From: Naegleria gruberi
Taxonomy: Eukaryota
Direction: 5' to 3' (one strand)
Length of the DNA: 64,000 nucleotides
Assembly: GCA_000004985.1 (NCBI GenBank)
Contig: GG738856.1
Shown one piece after another: positions 1-10,548 of the stretch. The notes beneath the pieces are model-generated. The model did not search any database. It saw nothing but the letters and a program-made list of their open reading frames with translations, and was not told where the DNA came from. Both the position numbers and the translations under genes were made by a program. Numbering within the stretch: the stretch's first letter is position 1; each line of letters begins with the position of its first letter.

Positions 1-208
1 AAAGAAGTGAAGACTCATTGAACAAATTGAAAGTGAGCTACATTAACAGTCTGACAATTGAGGAAAAGATTGCACTCAAAGAATTGGAAAAGTTCGAACA
101 AACCCAAAGTCCTCAAGTTTTCAAACATTATAGAAAGACTAAATCCAAGTAATGGGAGACTATGCTGACATATGTCATAAAACCTTAATGTTTCAGATTA
201 GAATGTAA

Positions 209-280
209 GGGACCATGGTCTAGTGGTATGATTCTCGCTTTGGGTGCGAGAGGCCGTGGGTTCGATTCCCACTGGTCCCC
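209..280 (+). tRNA. tRNA-Pro (anticodon TGG)
   Basis: Hand-folded cloverleaf: acceptor GGGACCA/TGGTCCC, T-arm GTGGG-TTCGATT-CCCAC, anticodon stem CTCGC/GCGAG with loop TTTGGGT (anticodon TGG); 72 nt including the discriminator. Confidence 0.7.
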
Positions 281-378
281 TTTCCCATTTTATGTTATGT
301 TTTATTGAGGAATAATTTGTTATGTTTTTTATTAAATTTAAATAAATTAGATTATTAATTTAGAATAATGTTATTATC

Positions 379-1467
379 TTATTTGCCAGGAATGAATAGC
401 ATAGTTCCAACCAAATTATAAGCATTAGAAACTTGGTAGGTCAAAGTTTCAAGATTAATCTTTACAAAGAAAGATTGAGCTTGATGATTTTCATAGAAAA
501 CATAATAAAATTGAGAATCAATTGCAACAGCTCCTAATTGTCTAAAACCAATCTTTGAAAGATCCAAATTTGTGGTTGTCATCTTGCCAGTTTTCAAATC
601 AAGAATTGTAAATACTTCATTGACAGTTCCTACAAGTCTATTTCCAAATCTATCAAATTGAGCATTATCCAAAGATGATGGAACATTAATTTTTGCTTCC
701 AAATTTCTTTGCATTACATTATAGACATAATATTGATTAGATCCATTTCTATTCGAAACTGAAACATAATACTTGTGATTGATAGAGTCATAGGCATTTG
801 AATTTCCTTCAATTCCCTCAATTCCATCCAAATAAATCAAAACACTCTTATTACCACTCTTCAAGTCATAGGTCACAATAGCAAATCTCGAACCTTCACC
901 TGAAAGTGAAACCAATTTACCAGGAAAACTCAAATCATATTGAATATCCATTGGTGCATCATTTCCCTCCAAAACAATCTCATGCAACATTGTCAAATCA
1001 TCGACATTCCACACATCGAGAGTATTCATTCCATCTGAAACTCCATACATGTAGGCATGATGAGAAAGTGGATTATAGGCAATGTTATCATACATTTCAA
1101 TGTAGGAACCGTATTCAGTGGAGGAACGAGTCAAGTTTCCATCAATTGTGGAGAGGAAAGAGATGGTATCATTTTGTTTGGATGTGAAAGTTGTGGCGAG
1201 AATGGAACCTTTTACTGCTGCTTGTTTTCTTGTTTCGAAAGAATTTTTTAAATTGCTATTCGAAAGTCCAATATTCAAGGCTGCGGAGATTGGATTCAAG
1301 AGACATGACACTACACAACATACTGTGAAGAGAGTGAAGAGTGAGAGCGAGAGGGTCTTTTTAAAATCGTGCATTTTTTTCTTGGAAAAAATCTTTTTTG
1401 CTGTGGAATAATTGACTTGAACATTTTTGTAATTTTCGGAGTTGTTAGCAAGTATTATTCTTAACAT
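379..1467 (-). CDS. secreted hypothetical protein with predicted signal peptide, possibly a beta-propeller
   Basis: 362-aa ORF. An internal Met followed by a hydrophobic stretch (MHDFKKTLSLSLFTLFTVCCVVSCLL) looks like a signal peptide. Recurrent Y/V-rich beta-strand motifs (YYVYNV, YYVSVS). No recognisable catalytic motif. The true start is probably the internal Met. Confidence 0.55.
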   Translation of the reverse strand: MLRIILANNSENYKNVQVNYSTAKKIFSKKKMHDFKKTLSLSLFTLFTVCCVVSCLLNPISAALNIGLSNSNLKNSFETRKQAAVKGSILATTFTSKQNDTISFLSTIDGNLTRSSTEYGSYIEMYDNIAYNPLSHHAYMYGVSDGMNTLDVWNVDDLTMLHEIVLEGNDAPMDIQYDLSFPGKLVSLSGEGSRFAIVTYDLKSGNKSVLIYLDGIEGIEGNSNAYDSINHKYYVSVSNRNGSNQYYVYNVMQRNLEAKINVPSSLDNAQFDRFGNRLVGTVNEVFTILDLKTGKMTTTNLDLSKIGFRQLGAVAIDSQFYYVFYENHQAQSFFVKINLETLTYQVSNAYNLVGTMLFIPGK

Positions 1468-2031
1468 GATGATAGTAGTGGTGTTGGAAACAGAATTTTA
1501 GTTGTTTTCTTAATTTTCACAAGAACTGTTCCAGAAACAGTGCAAAAATTGTGAATTTTCATCATGAAATTATTCATCAATAGTATTTGATGTTAATAGC
1601 ATTAATACAATATCCACAATATCTATCTCTTTACATTCCACATGCTTTCCTTTCAATATTTTCCTTGAAATTTTTCACAGTTATGTCCTCATTGAATTTT
1701 CTTTCGATTTTGTGTGAAACAGTAAGGTGGAAATCTTGCAAACACGATGGATAAATAATCTAGATGACTGATGATCAAGCAAGATGATCTTTGTTTTCTT
1801 TGTTGAAAATTCACACAAATTGTTAAGATTTCCTTTTTGGGACAATATTAGATCCTCAATTCAATCAAAATGAATCGCTTGAAATCAACTAGACAATCAA
1901 TTTGATTGTAAACAGACGAAAGATCTCCTTTTTTGTCCAATTTGGCTATTTGTTGATGTTGAATTTCAACAAGTTTATTATGAAGGAAGAGGAGTTGGTT
2001 AATATTCAATTAATTTCATTAAAAAGTTGTC

Positions 2032-2796
2032 TTGATCATGATGCAGTATTCATTCCCACTTGCTCCTCCATCAAACATGAGCAGTTTGTCTAGTGACATG
2101 TTACCAATACGAAAGGAAGATAAGTGTAATCTTGTCGAAAAGAAACGAAAGGTCAGAAGTGGTAAGGAAAGACCACACCAAGATTTTATATTTCACTTAA
2201 AGATGGAAAATGAAACAAGGAAGAAGAGAAAGAAAAATCCTTCAACTTCCAATATCAATTCCACAACAGAAATTATTTCAAATTCTGGAAAATCATCAAC
2301 CACCTCAACTGTTTCAACAACAAGAACAAATATTTCAATAACTGATCAAACTAAAGTGACAACTACAACTACCACTACAACCACAACTACCACCTCAACA
2401 AGTAATATTCCAATTTCACATAATATTTCATCCAGTGACACTTCAGTTGTCAAAAAAGACAAAAGTTTGGCATCCATGATCTTTAAAATGTATAATCTAC
2501 CTCCCAAGAAGGCCTATTCTCTATCCAACACTAAATTCTATCAAAATCTGAAAGATTCCACTTCCACTCAATCGAACTCTTTCACATGTCAAGAAATTCC
2601 AAAATGCAAAAAAGTCAACCTACCACCAACCACTACAAAATCATTACTTCCACTTCCAATCAAAGAAAATTCAATTAAGAGCATGTTACTGCCCAATTTG
2701 ACAAGTGAAGGGCTGCAAGATGATGAATGGCATGATATTCCAATGTTTCACATTCCACATTTTTCATTCATTTCGAATGTGTCAAAAATTAAATAA
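2032..2796 (+). CDS. Thr/Ser-rich low-complexity hypothetical protein
   Basis: 254-aa ORF containing a poly-Thr run (TTTTTTTTTTTTS) and S/T/N-rich composition. No domain recognised. It could be an exon of a larger gene. Confidence 0.3.
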   Translation: MIMMQYSFPLAPPSNMSSLSSDMLPIRKEDKCNLVEKKRKVRSGKERPHQDFIFHLKMENETRKKRKKNPSTSNINSTTEIISNSGKSSTTSTVSTTRTNISITDQTKVTTTTTTTTTTTTSTSNIPISHNISSSDTSVVKKDKSLASMIFKMYNLPPKKAYSLSNTKFYQNLKDSTSTQSNSFTCQEIPKCKKVNLPPTTTKSLLPLPIKENSIKSMLLPNLTSEGLQDDEWHDIPMFHIPHFSFISNVSKIK

Positions 2797-2855
2797 TAGA
2801 ATGTAATATTTTTCATTTATTTACAAAATTTACAATACTACTACTACTTACAGAA

Positions 2856-4883
2856 TTACCACTTCTTTTTGGGAACTCTCTTTTCAATGACATTTCTGAA
2901 AAATGTTTTTTGAGATCTGAGCAATAATTTCAAATTTAACAAGACTGAAATGGCTCCAGATTTGGAAATATTAGATCCATCCACAGTAAATGATTGTAAT
3001 TCTTGCATGAATTGACTAGTTGCAATGTATCCAATTCCTTCATCAGTTATTTGATTGATTTTATAACATCTGAGACTTGTCAAAACGCATCCAATTTGTG
3101 AAATTAATTTCAATGAAGTATCGGTGAGAGATGTGTTTTCTGAAAGTGATAATGCAATTAAATTGACTGGTTGGGAAGAAGCCAAATATTGAATTCCTTC
3201 ATCTGTTATTTGATTATTAGATAAATGTAAGATTTTCAATTTGGTAGTCAATGCAGATGATTCGAATCCTTTCATTCCCTTATCTCCAATTTTGTTATTG
3301 CTAACATTCAATGATGTCAAATTAACTAAATACGGACTAGTTAAAATTTCAATAAAATCCTGATCATTCAAATTGCAAAATGAAATATTCAACCGAGTCA
3401 AATTTAAAAATGCTGGATTTCTTGTAATTGAGGTGATTCTTCCATTTAGGTCCATATTATTTTCTTGAGAATACCAAGTAAAAAGTTCTCCTAAACCTAA
3501 TTGTTTCAAATTGTGAAGGTATGGACTCTCAATGACATCCTTTATCAATTCGAAATTACAGGAGAAACAAATACTTGTTAAATTTGACATGGTTGGTTGC
3601 GGAATTAATTTAGAGCTCATATCTGGCAATCTAACGTACAATCTGTTCCTCTTGGTGAGATTGGTTAACTTGAGGAATGGGCTTTCGAATAGAATATTTA
3701 AATTCAATGAGATCCATTCAGCAGTTGGATACACCTCCAAATAGGTCAGAGATGCAAAAGTTGGACAATTAGCAATATATCCCAAACATTCATCGTCCAA
3801 ATTGTTATGACACAGATCCAGTACTTTCAAATTAGTTAAATAACAAGGCTTCTCAGTGAGAATTTTGAGTTTCTCTGAACCTATTCCAGAACATCCCACA
3901 TTTAAAATTTCCAAATTACCCAAATATGGACTTGCAAATATTTGCGCATTTACTCCATTATCATATAAATTCAATATTCTCAATTTTGAAAATACTGGAC
4001 TATTTGCAATGTGTAAAGATCCTTCCACAGAGATACAATTAAATTGCAAGTTTAAATTTGTTAAATTTGACAAATGTGTGCTCGTGGATAAATGTCTAAG
4101 GCCTTCATCTCCGATATAGTTATGCTGCAGATTGAGTGTTGTTAAATTCCTCATTTCAATATTATTCGAAAGCTCTATTGCGAATGCATTTCCAATATCA
4201 CAATATCTCAAATTCAAACTTTTCAAATTTTTTAAATAGGGGCTTTTTACCAATTTCTGATAAGATTCGTCATTTGTTCTATACTCCATCATGAACGCAC
4301 GTCTAGGACGATTACTAGATGCATTTGTGGAATTGTACAAATTGAGTTCTGTTAAATTTTTGAAATTTTCACTTTCTGTTAAAACTTCAAAACTTTCCTT
4401 TCCCAAATTATTAAATCTCAAATTCAAACTTTTCAAATTCTTGATAAATTCACTCTTTGAAAGAGCATTAATTCCTTCAAAATTAATTCCATTACTTCTC
4501 AAATTCAAATGTTGCAATTGACCAAAATCGGCACAATTTGCAAGTAATTTCACTCCCTTATTTCCAATATAATTGAACGAAACATTCAAACTAGTAATAT
4601 TCCTTCTCCAATTCACTTCAAAATCATCTTCCATTGTCTCTGTGAATTCTTCATCATTGGCATTCGAATTGAAAAATAAATTCAACTTGTGTGGATGAAT
4701 TTTGTGAATAGAAAAATCAAGATTCAATGCAAATCTACTTGCTGCTTGTCTCCAATCCTTGGAAACAAGTGAAAATCGTTTGATAATTTGCAAATGATCA
4801 ATAAATGTCATGATGTGAAAAATCATGTCCAGTGGAAGAATCACTGTTTGGTCAACAATATTCGGAGGAGGATTCATTTGCAT
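2856..4883 (-). CDS. F-box-like / leucine-rich-repeat (RNI-like) protein
   Basis: 675-aa uninterrupted ORF. The N-terminus (ILPLDMIFHIMTFIDHLQIIKRFSLVSKDWRQAAS) fits an F-box. It is followed by more than 15 LRRs of the LxxLxLxxNxIGxxG (ribonuclease-inhibitor-like) type. Confidence 0.85.
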   Translation of the reverse strand: MQMNPPPNIVDQTVILPLDMIFHIMTFIDHLQIIKRFSLVSKDWRQAASRFALNLDFSIHKIHPHKLNLFFNSNANDEEFTETMEDDFEVNWRRNITSLNVSFNYIGNKGVKLLANCADFGQLQHLNLRSNGINFEGINALSKSEFIKNLKSLNLRFNNLGKESFEVLTESENFKNLTELNLYNSTNASSNRPRRAFMMEYRTNDESYQKLVKSPYLKNLKSLNLRYCDIGNAFAIELSNNIEMRNLTTLNLQHNYIGDEGLRHLSTSTHLSNLTNLNLQFNCISVEGSLHIANSPVFSKLRILNLYDNGVNAQIFASPYLGNLEILNVGCSGIGSEKLKILTEKPCYLTNLKVLDLCHNNLDDECLGYIANCPTFASLTYLEVYPTAEWISLNLNILFESPFLKLTNLTKRNRLYVRLPDMSSKLIPQPTMSNLTSICFSCNFELIKDVIESPYLHNLKQLGLGELFTWYSQENNMDLNGRITSITRNPAFLNLTRLNISFCNLNDQDFIEILTSPYLVNLTSLNVSNNKIGDKGMKGFESSALTTKLKILHLSNNQITDEGIQYLASSQPVNLIALSLSENTSLTDTSLKLISQIGCVLTSLRCYKINQITDEGIGYIATSQFMQELQSFTVDGSNISKSGAISVLLNLKLLLRSQKTFFRNVIEKRVPKKKW

Positions 4884-5396
4884 GTTGTTTGGTTAATATT
4901 AACTGGTTGATTGGGTGGTGTGGGTGGTCGTTAAAAGAATATTTGGTTTTTTTCAACAACACAAGAAACAAATTGATGACCAAGTTTGAAATTTAAAGCA
5001 ATTTTCAAAAAGCTTTTTTTAGATCGAAGGAAGGTTACGTTGGAATTATTACTTTTATCCTACAATCAACTCTAAATTCTAGCTTACTGTATCTATAATT
5101 TTTCCTTTTTCTCAAGATTATTCTTATTAATGGATTCCGAGCAAAACATCTTTATCATTTTTTTAAATATTAATTGTTTTATTAAGAGTTTGATGTTTTG
5201 TATCATGAAAAAATCCACAACAATGAAGTGATTAAGAATTGTATCCATGATGAAGGAAGGATTCGTCATAACCAAATCATCTAATATTGGCCAATACACC
5301 AAGTTCATCCTTTGTTCAAACTCGTCAATACATCAATTTTAATTCTAATTAATTAGAAAAAAACAACAATTGTTGATAATTTCAGATCCAATCAAT

Positions 5397-6450
5397 ATGG
5401 AAACAATCAAGTGTGTACTTGTTGGTGCGAATAATGTTGGTAAAACGTGTAGTTTAATTTCCTATACGACCAATTATTTCCCAGAAGATTACGTTCCAAC
5501 AGTTTTTGATAATTACAGTGCTAATGTTATGGTTGATGGCAAGCCTTTTTCATTGGGTTTGTGGGATACTGGTATGTATATTGGTTATGATCATGATCAT
5601 GATCATCTTGAATCGATGATCGGGTGATTATTTACAATGAATTTAATTATTTAATTGATGATGATCTTTTAATTGGAAAATAATTTTAGCTGGACAAGAT
5701 GAATACGACAGATTGAGACCATTAAGTTATCCACAAACTGACATTTTCCTGGTCATGTTTGATGTTGGTGATCGTTCTACATTGGATAGTGCACTTGGTA
5801 AATTTGTTAATGAAATTCAACACCATTGTCCAAATGTTCCAAAATTGTTAGTTGCTAATAAGATTGATTTGGATAAGAGACAGGTCAGTAGAGAAGAAGG
5901 TGAAAGATCAAGTAGAGTGAAGGGATTTGATGGTTATTTTGAAGTTTCTGCTCGTACTCAACAAGGATTGAAGAATATATTTGATGAAGCTTGTAGAATT
6001 GCAAGTAGTAGAAAGGCTGATAGAAAGCCAGTTTCTTATGATTCAGATGCTTCATCTGAAGCTGAAGAAGAAACTGAATGGGATAAGAAGGCAAGAGAAG
6101 TTGAAGATCCATTCCCAGAAAAATACAAATTTGGTATTTATTTAATTGATCAATATGGAAAGACTGTAGAGGATAAATTCATTTTGAAAACAGAAGTTGC
6201 AAGCTATTGGAAATTACTTGTTGCACTGGTTAAGAAATTGAGAGATTTTGGTGGAAAGAAAGATGAAGAAGAGGAAGAAGAGGAAGAAAAGAAACTCGTT
6301 GCAAACTACTTTGACGATAATCAATTTAAAATTTACATTGAAGATCCAGATTTTAAGGATTTCTTCTTATTGGATTCTTTTGAATTATTGAAAGAAGTTG
6401 GTGAAAAGTCCAATAATAATGTCAAGTTGCAATTGGTTGGTAGTTGGTAA
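5397..6450 (+). CDS. Rho-family small GTPase, atypical (two exons 5397..5571 and 5690..6450; long acidic C-terminal extension, no CAAX box)
   Basis: Exon 1 encodes the P-loop [18 protein letters not shown] 118-nt intron (GTATGT...TTTTAG) splits the [21 protein letters not shown] switch II region. Exon 2 carries the LVANKIDL (NKxD) motif. The spliced product is 311 aa and ends ...LVGSW, without a prenylation motif. Confidence 0.85.
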
Positions 6451-6539
6451 AGGTGATGTCTTGCATTCATGAACAGTAGATCAATAAACTATTTTCTATA
6501 GTGAGAACGATTTGAACCCCCAAATTTGGTCAACCATAT

Positions 6540-6821
6540 TTGATTCCATTACAACAAGTTGGTAGATGTGCACGTTGTTGTAAAAGTTGTCTTTCAAAAA
6601 AAATGGAGCATTCCGCCCCAGTAACTTCACCAACTTCACAATGCAAGCAAAGTTGTGTTTGTTTTTACTGTCCTAAACCTGACACTCTCATTGAAGATTT
6701 CAAAACTGGATGTTTAATTTGTTATGAGTGTGGCTATACTATTCAGTCAACTTATGAGTGGATGGATAGATCGGATGGTCCAATAGATTACCAATCGAGT
6801 TATGATATTATTTACCGATAA
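6540..6821 (+). CDS. small ORF encoding a TFIIB-type zinc ribbon only (gene fragment or mini-protein)
   Basis: CFYCPKPDTLIEDFKTGCLICYECGYTI matches the TFIIB/Brf N-terminal Zn-ribbon consensus (CPxHPDAxLVEDYRAGDMICxECGLVV). The ORF stops after 93 aa and no cyclin-fold core domain follows. It lies only 120 bp from the 3' end of the convergent P450 gene. Confidence 0.4.
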   Translation: MIPLQQVGRCARCCKSCLSKKMEHSAPVTSPTSQCKQSCVCFYCPKPDTLIEDFKTGCLICYECGYTIQSTYEWMDRSDGPIDYQSSYDIIYR

Positions 6822-6940
6822 ATATTTGATATTAGTCCATGTTTCGTAATTATGGATAACGAAATGCTGTCCAATCTTCAAATCCAACTATTTGAGTAAT
6901 AAAGAAACTTCTTCGAATAATCTATTGGCCAATAGTTATT

Positions 6941-8535
6941 TTAATTAGTTCTCTTGCTAATAGAAATCTTCAAATTATCCGGTTTGGTAGTAACACTAAT
7001 CTTTTTCCCAACTGGATCCACACTCTCATCATTCAACAATTCAAAATCAAATTTCCTCAATAGAGAACTAAGAATTGCTGTAATTTCTGCTAAAGCCATT
7101 TTGTATCCTATGCATTTACGATTTCCCAAACTGAAAGCAATCCATGTGAAATCATTTTGAGCTCTTTCTTTTTGCTCAGGAGTGAGGAATCGTTCTGGAA
7201 TGAATTCTTGTGCATTCGTCCAATATTTTTCATTTCGGTTGACTTCACAGAGAAGGAGATGAAGGGAAGTTCCTTTTGGAACTGCAAATTCTCCAATGGT
7301 TGCATTCTTCTTACAAACATATTTGGCAACTTCAGCTATTGGTGGATGTAGTCTCAATCCTTCGAATATTACTGCATTGAGATAATGGAAATTGTTGTAA
7401 TCATCCAATGACATCCCTTGTTTTCCTTTCAAGACCGTGTCGATTTCTTGTTGGCATTTGAGTTGAATTTCTCTTCTTTTGGCCAATTCATAGATTATCC
7501 ACTTTGAATAGGCTTAATAACATCATCGAATAAGAAACTTACGGAAATGGCTGTTGAAGTTGTTTCAAATGCAGCTAAAGCAAACAAAATTACATTACTT
7601 TTCAATTCCATATTTGTCAAAATATTATCTTCCATGTTGGCTTTTACCAACAAGCTTAACAAATCTCTTCTTCCTTCTGTTGTGTCATTCATTTTGAATT
7701 CCTTCTTTCTCTCACTAATGGCATTATCCAACACGTTGCCCACAACATTTAATGCATTTTCCACTCCACTAATCTTTGAAAATATTGGGAACAACCAATC
7801 CTTCTCATCGAAGAATCTTCTCAAAATCAATGCTCTTTTCATGATTAATTGTAAACTTGAAATGAATTCATGATTTTCATTCTCAAAAATTGAAACATTT
7901 TTCAATCCAAAAGCTGCTTTCAATAAAACATTGGAGGTAATCTTGTCGAAATCTGTCAATTCCAAAAGAGAACTGTCAGATGTTTTGTTTGACCATTGTT
8001 CCATAATTTTTTCACTCGATTTCACAGCAACATCACAAACCAATTCCAAATTAGCAGTAGAAAATGCAGGAGATGCCACTCTATGGTGCTTCTTCCAATT
8101 TTCATAACTGTCAGCAGACAAGATATTTTCACCAAACAAACTAAACATTTCATAAATAAAACTTGGCTTTCCAAAACTGCTTGCCTTACTCACACAAACC
8201 TCCTTCATCAATTCCTTATCAGTAATCCACACTGTATTATGATTAAACATGGAAACTTTAAACAATGGCAATGGAACTTTTGAATTGTTATTCAATTTCA
8301 AAGTATGAGAAGCCGTCTGCTCAGCTCCAATAAAATAGACATACGGAGAAATGATCGGAATGGCCATTGGAGTGATCGTGAATTGAACAAAGCCTGGAAT
8401 ATGTTGCAAGAGTTTGTAATTTTGGTAAATTTTGGTGGAAATGTAAATGATCAGTGAAGCGATCAAGCAGGTAAGAAGAGTCATCATCACACTCGTATTT
8501 TCCGTAAGGGAAAAAGTGGATTCACTTTGAGACAT
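6941..8535 (-). CDS. cytochrome P450 monooxygenase (two exons 8535..7543 and 7501..6941; 41-nt intron)
   Basis: N-terminal membrane anchor, I-helix AAFETTSTAIS, ExxR (EGLRLHPP), PERF, and heme-binding FSLGNRKCIGYKMA. The two listed ORFs are joined by a GTAAGT...CAAAG intron, giving ...TAIS|WIIYELAKRREIQ. Exon lengths are 993 and 561 nt, both in frame, for a total of 517 aa. Confidence 0.85.
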
Positions 8536-8693
8536 TTTTTTTAATAATAAAATTAAAGAATTATTGAAATTATTGAAATTAAATTTATTTTACATGTAAT
8601 ACTATTGAAATTATTGAAAATAGATTACGAATCAAGGAAGACTATTTTTGTAAAGTATTTAATTATGTAATATTTTACAAAATCCTAAAAAAG

Positions 8694-10379
8694 TTGGAAA
8701 AATTAATCAAAAAAAAATGTCATCACTATTGTATCATCACCTTGATTGATTTTCACTCCCCGAACACAACCAGCACACAACAAACAGCATCGGCATCATT
8801 TCTTTATTCCTTACTCCGAGAATTTTATGCAACCGTACAAGAAAAACAAGTAAAACGTTTAATGCAAATGGATATGCTTAGGCTGATTGAGTATGATCCG
8901 CACAATTTTCATTTATTGATGGAGGATTGTGAGGCACGAGATGAATTGTTGGATAATGAGGAGTTTATGATGAAAGTTGTGAGTTGTGATGGAAGATTAT
9001 TCGAATATGTGAGTGTGAGATTGAAAGAGTATTTTCCACTCATGTTGGAGGCTGTTAAACAGAATGGTATGATGATAGGTGAAATGGAAGAAGAATTTTA
9101 TACGAAAGAATTAGTGTTACAAGCTGTGAAAGAAGATGGACAGGCTTTTCCAGGGTTTGGGCAATATGATATGGAAATTGCAAGAACAGCTGTTGAAAAT
9201 AATGGACTAGCTCTGGAGAATATAAGTGCCTCATTAATGACAGATGAAATAATTCATTTAGCTTGTGAAGAGAATCCAATGGCAAGAGAGTTAGTCCTTA
9301 ATCAACGAATCAGGAACGAACATGTGGCGAATTTAGTGGCGGGGGAATTGATTGGGATTCCAAAGATGATTCAATTGCAGAGAAGATACTCAAAACAGTC
9401 ATGAAAGAACACCCAGAATCTTGTGAATACTTGGATAACTTTCATCTCTCAGAGGAAAAGTATTTCCAATTAACCAAAACTGCTCTCAAATATTCGCAAG
9501 ATTTGACTATTTTAGATTTTAGTAGAGGTTTCACAAATGAAGAATATGAAGAATTGGCTAAATATGATGGCGATATATTATCCATGGTTGATGCATATTT
9601 TCACACGAGACGAATGGTTTGTAATGCTGTGGAAAATAATGGAGCTTTAGATTTAGCTGCTGAGGAATGGCTTGATGATTGCTGCTTGATGAAGGACTTG
9701 CATTGGGATTTGCATCAGAAGAATTGCAGAGAGATGAGGAAATTGTAATGGCAGCTATAAGTAATTGTGGACTAGCTCTTGAATATGTGGATGATAAGTT
9801 TTATTATGATAGGGATGTAATTTTGAAAGCTGTTTCTCAGAATGGACTTGCTTTGGAACACGCCAGTTACCAAGATGAGGAAATAATTAAGGCTGCACTC
9901 AATCAAACCGTGCTAGCTTCGTTTCATTCGTTCAACATGAATTGCTCACAAAAGAAATTATAATTACAGTTCAGAAATTTGGAGGAAATTTACGTTATGC
10001 ATCGACATTGAGATCTGATAAGGAAGTTGTGTTGGCTGCTGTAAATTCTTGTGGATTGTCCTTGAAATATGCTGATAGCAAGTTGTTGGATGATCCTGAG
10101 ATTGTGAAAGCTGCCATTCTCAATAATCCTTTCAGTATAAGGTATGCCTCCAAAAAATTAAGATTGGATCTGAGCTTTGCTAGACTTGCCAAAGAACTGA
10201 GAGAAGCTGACCTTTCCAGATTTGATACATGGCAAGACATTACATGTATGTACAAAAAACGAAGTAGAGCTACCTTTGATGATTCTGAATCAGATACAGA
10301 CGATGAGGATGAGGAGGAAGAAACCGAGAGTGATAAAGATGAATTGTCCCAACCACCAAAACAATTCAAAGTTGAGTAA
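8694..10379 (+). pseudogene. DUF4116-like repeat protein gene interrupted by at least 3 frameshifts (pseudogene, or indel errors within a tandem-repeat gene)
   Basis: Four consecutive ORFs (8694..9404, 9401..9748, 9679..9963, 9942..10379) each carry the same roughly 35-aa repeat (AV..NGLALEYAS..L..D.EIV). The repeat phase continues across the frame changes. One junction shows a short duplicated motif (cttgatga) that creates the indel. No convincing GT..AG introns restore the frame. It ends in an acidic D/E tail. Confidence 0.5.
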
Positions 10380-10385
10380 AAATTC

Positions 10386-10465
10386 GCGGTCTACAGGATT
10401 CGAACCTGTGCGGGTCGCCCCAATTGATTTCTAGTCAATCACCTTAACCACTCGGTCAAGACCGC
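10386..10465 (-). tRNA. tRNA-Ser (anticodon AGA)
   Basis: Reverse complement folds as GCGGTCT...AGACCGC acceptor, anticodon loop CTAGAAA, long variable arm (TGGGGCGACCCGCA), and T-arm CAGGTTCGAATCCTG. Confidence 0.75.
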
Positions 10466-10548
10466 TTCTCCTTAATATTGTGATAAATCCTCTGCTGTCA
10501 TTTTACTTCTAATATGTTGCAACTTCCAAAAAATTGCATAATGCTACC

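Noticed and set aside
906-4521. Short ORFs antisense to or embedded in the beta-propeller and F-box/LRR genes (906..1187, 1057..1251, 1118..1411, 3532..3744, 3856..4119, 4291..4521)
   Set aside because: They lie within longer, domain-bearing ORFs on the opposite strand. They are low-complexity and have no motifs. These are typical shadow ORFs in AT-rich DNA.
9324-9382. Candidate 59-nt intron (GTGGCG...GCAGAG) that would fix the first frameshift in the DUF4116-like gene
   Set aside because: The donor is non-canonical compared with every other intron in the window (GTAAGT/GTATGT), and the other two shifts have no intron solution. A frameshift explanation is preferred.
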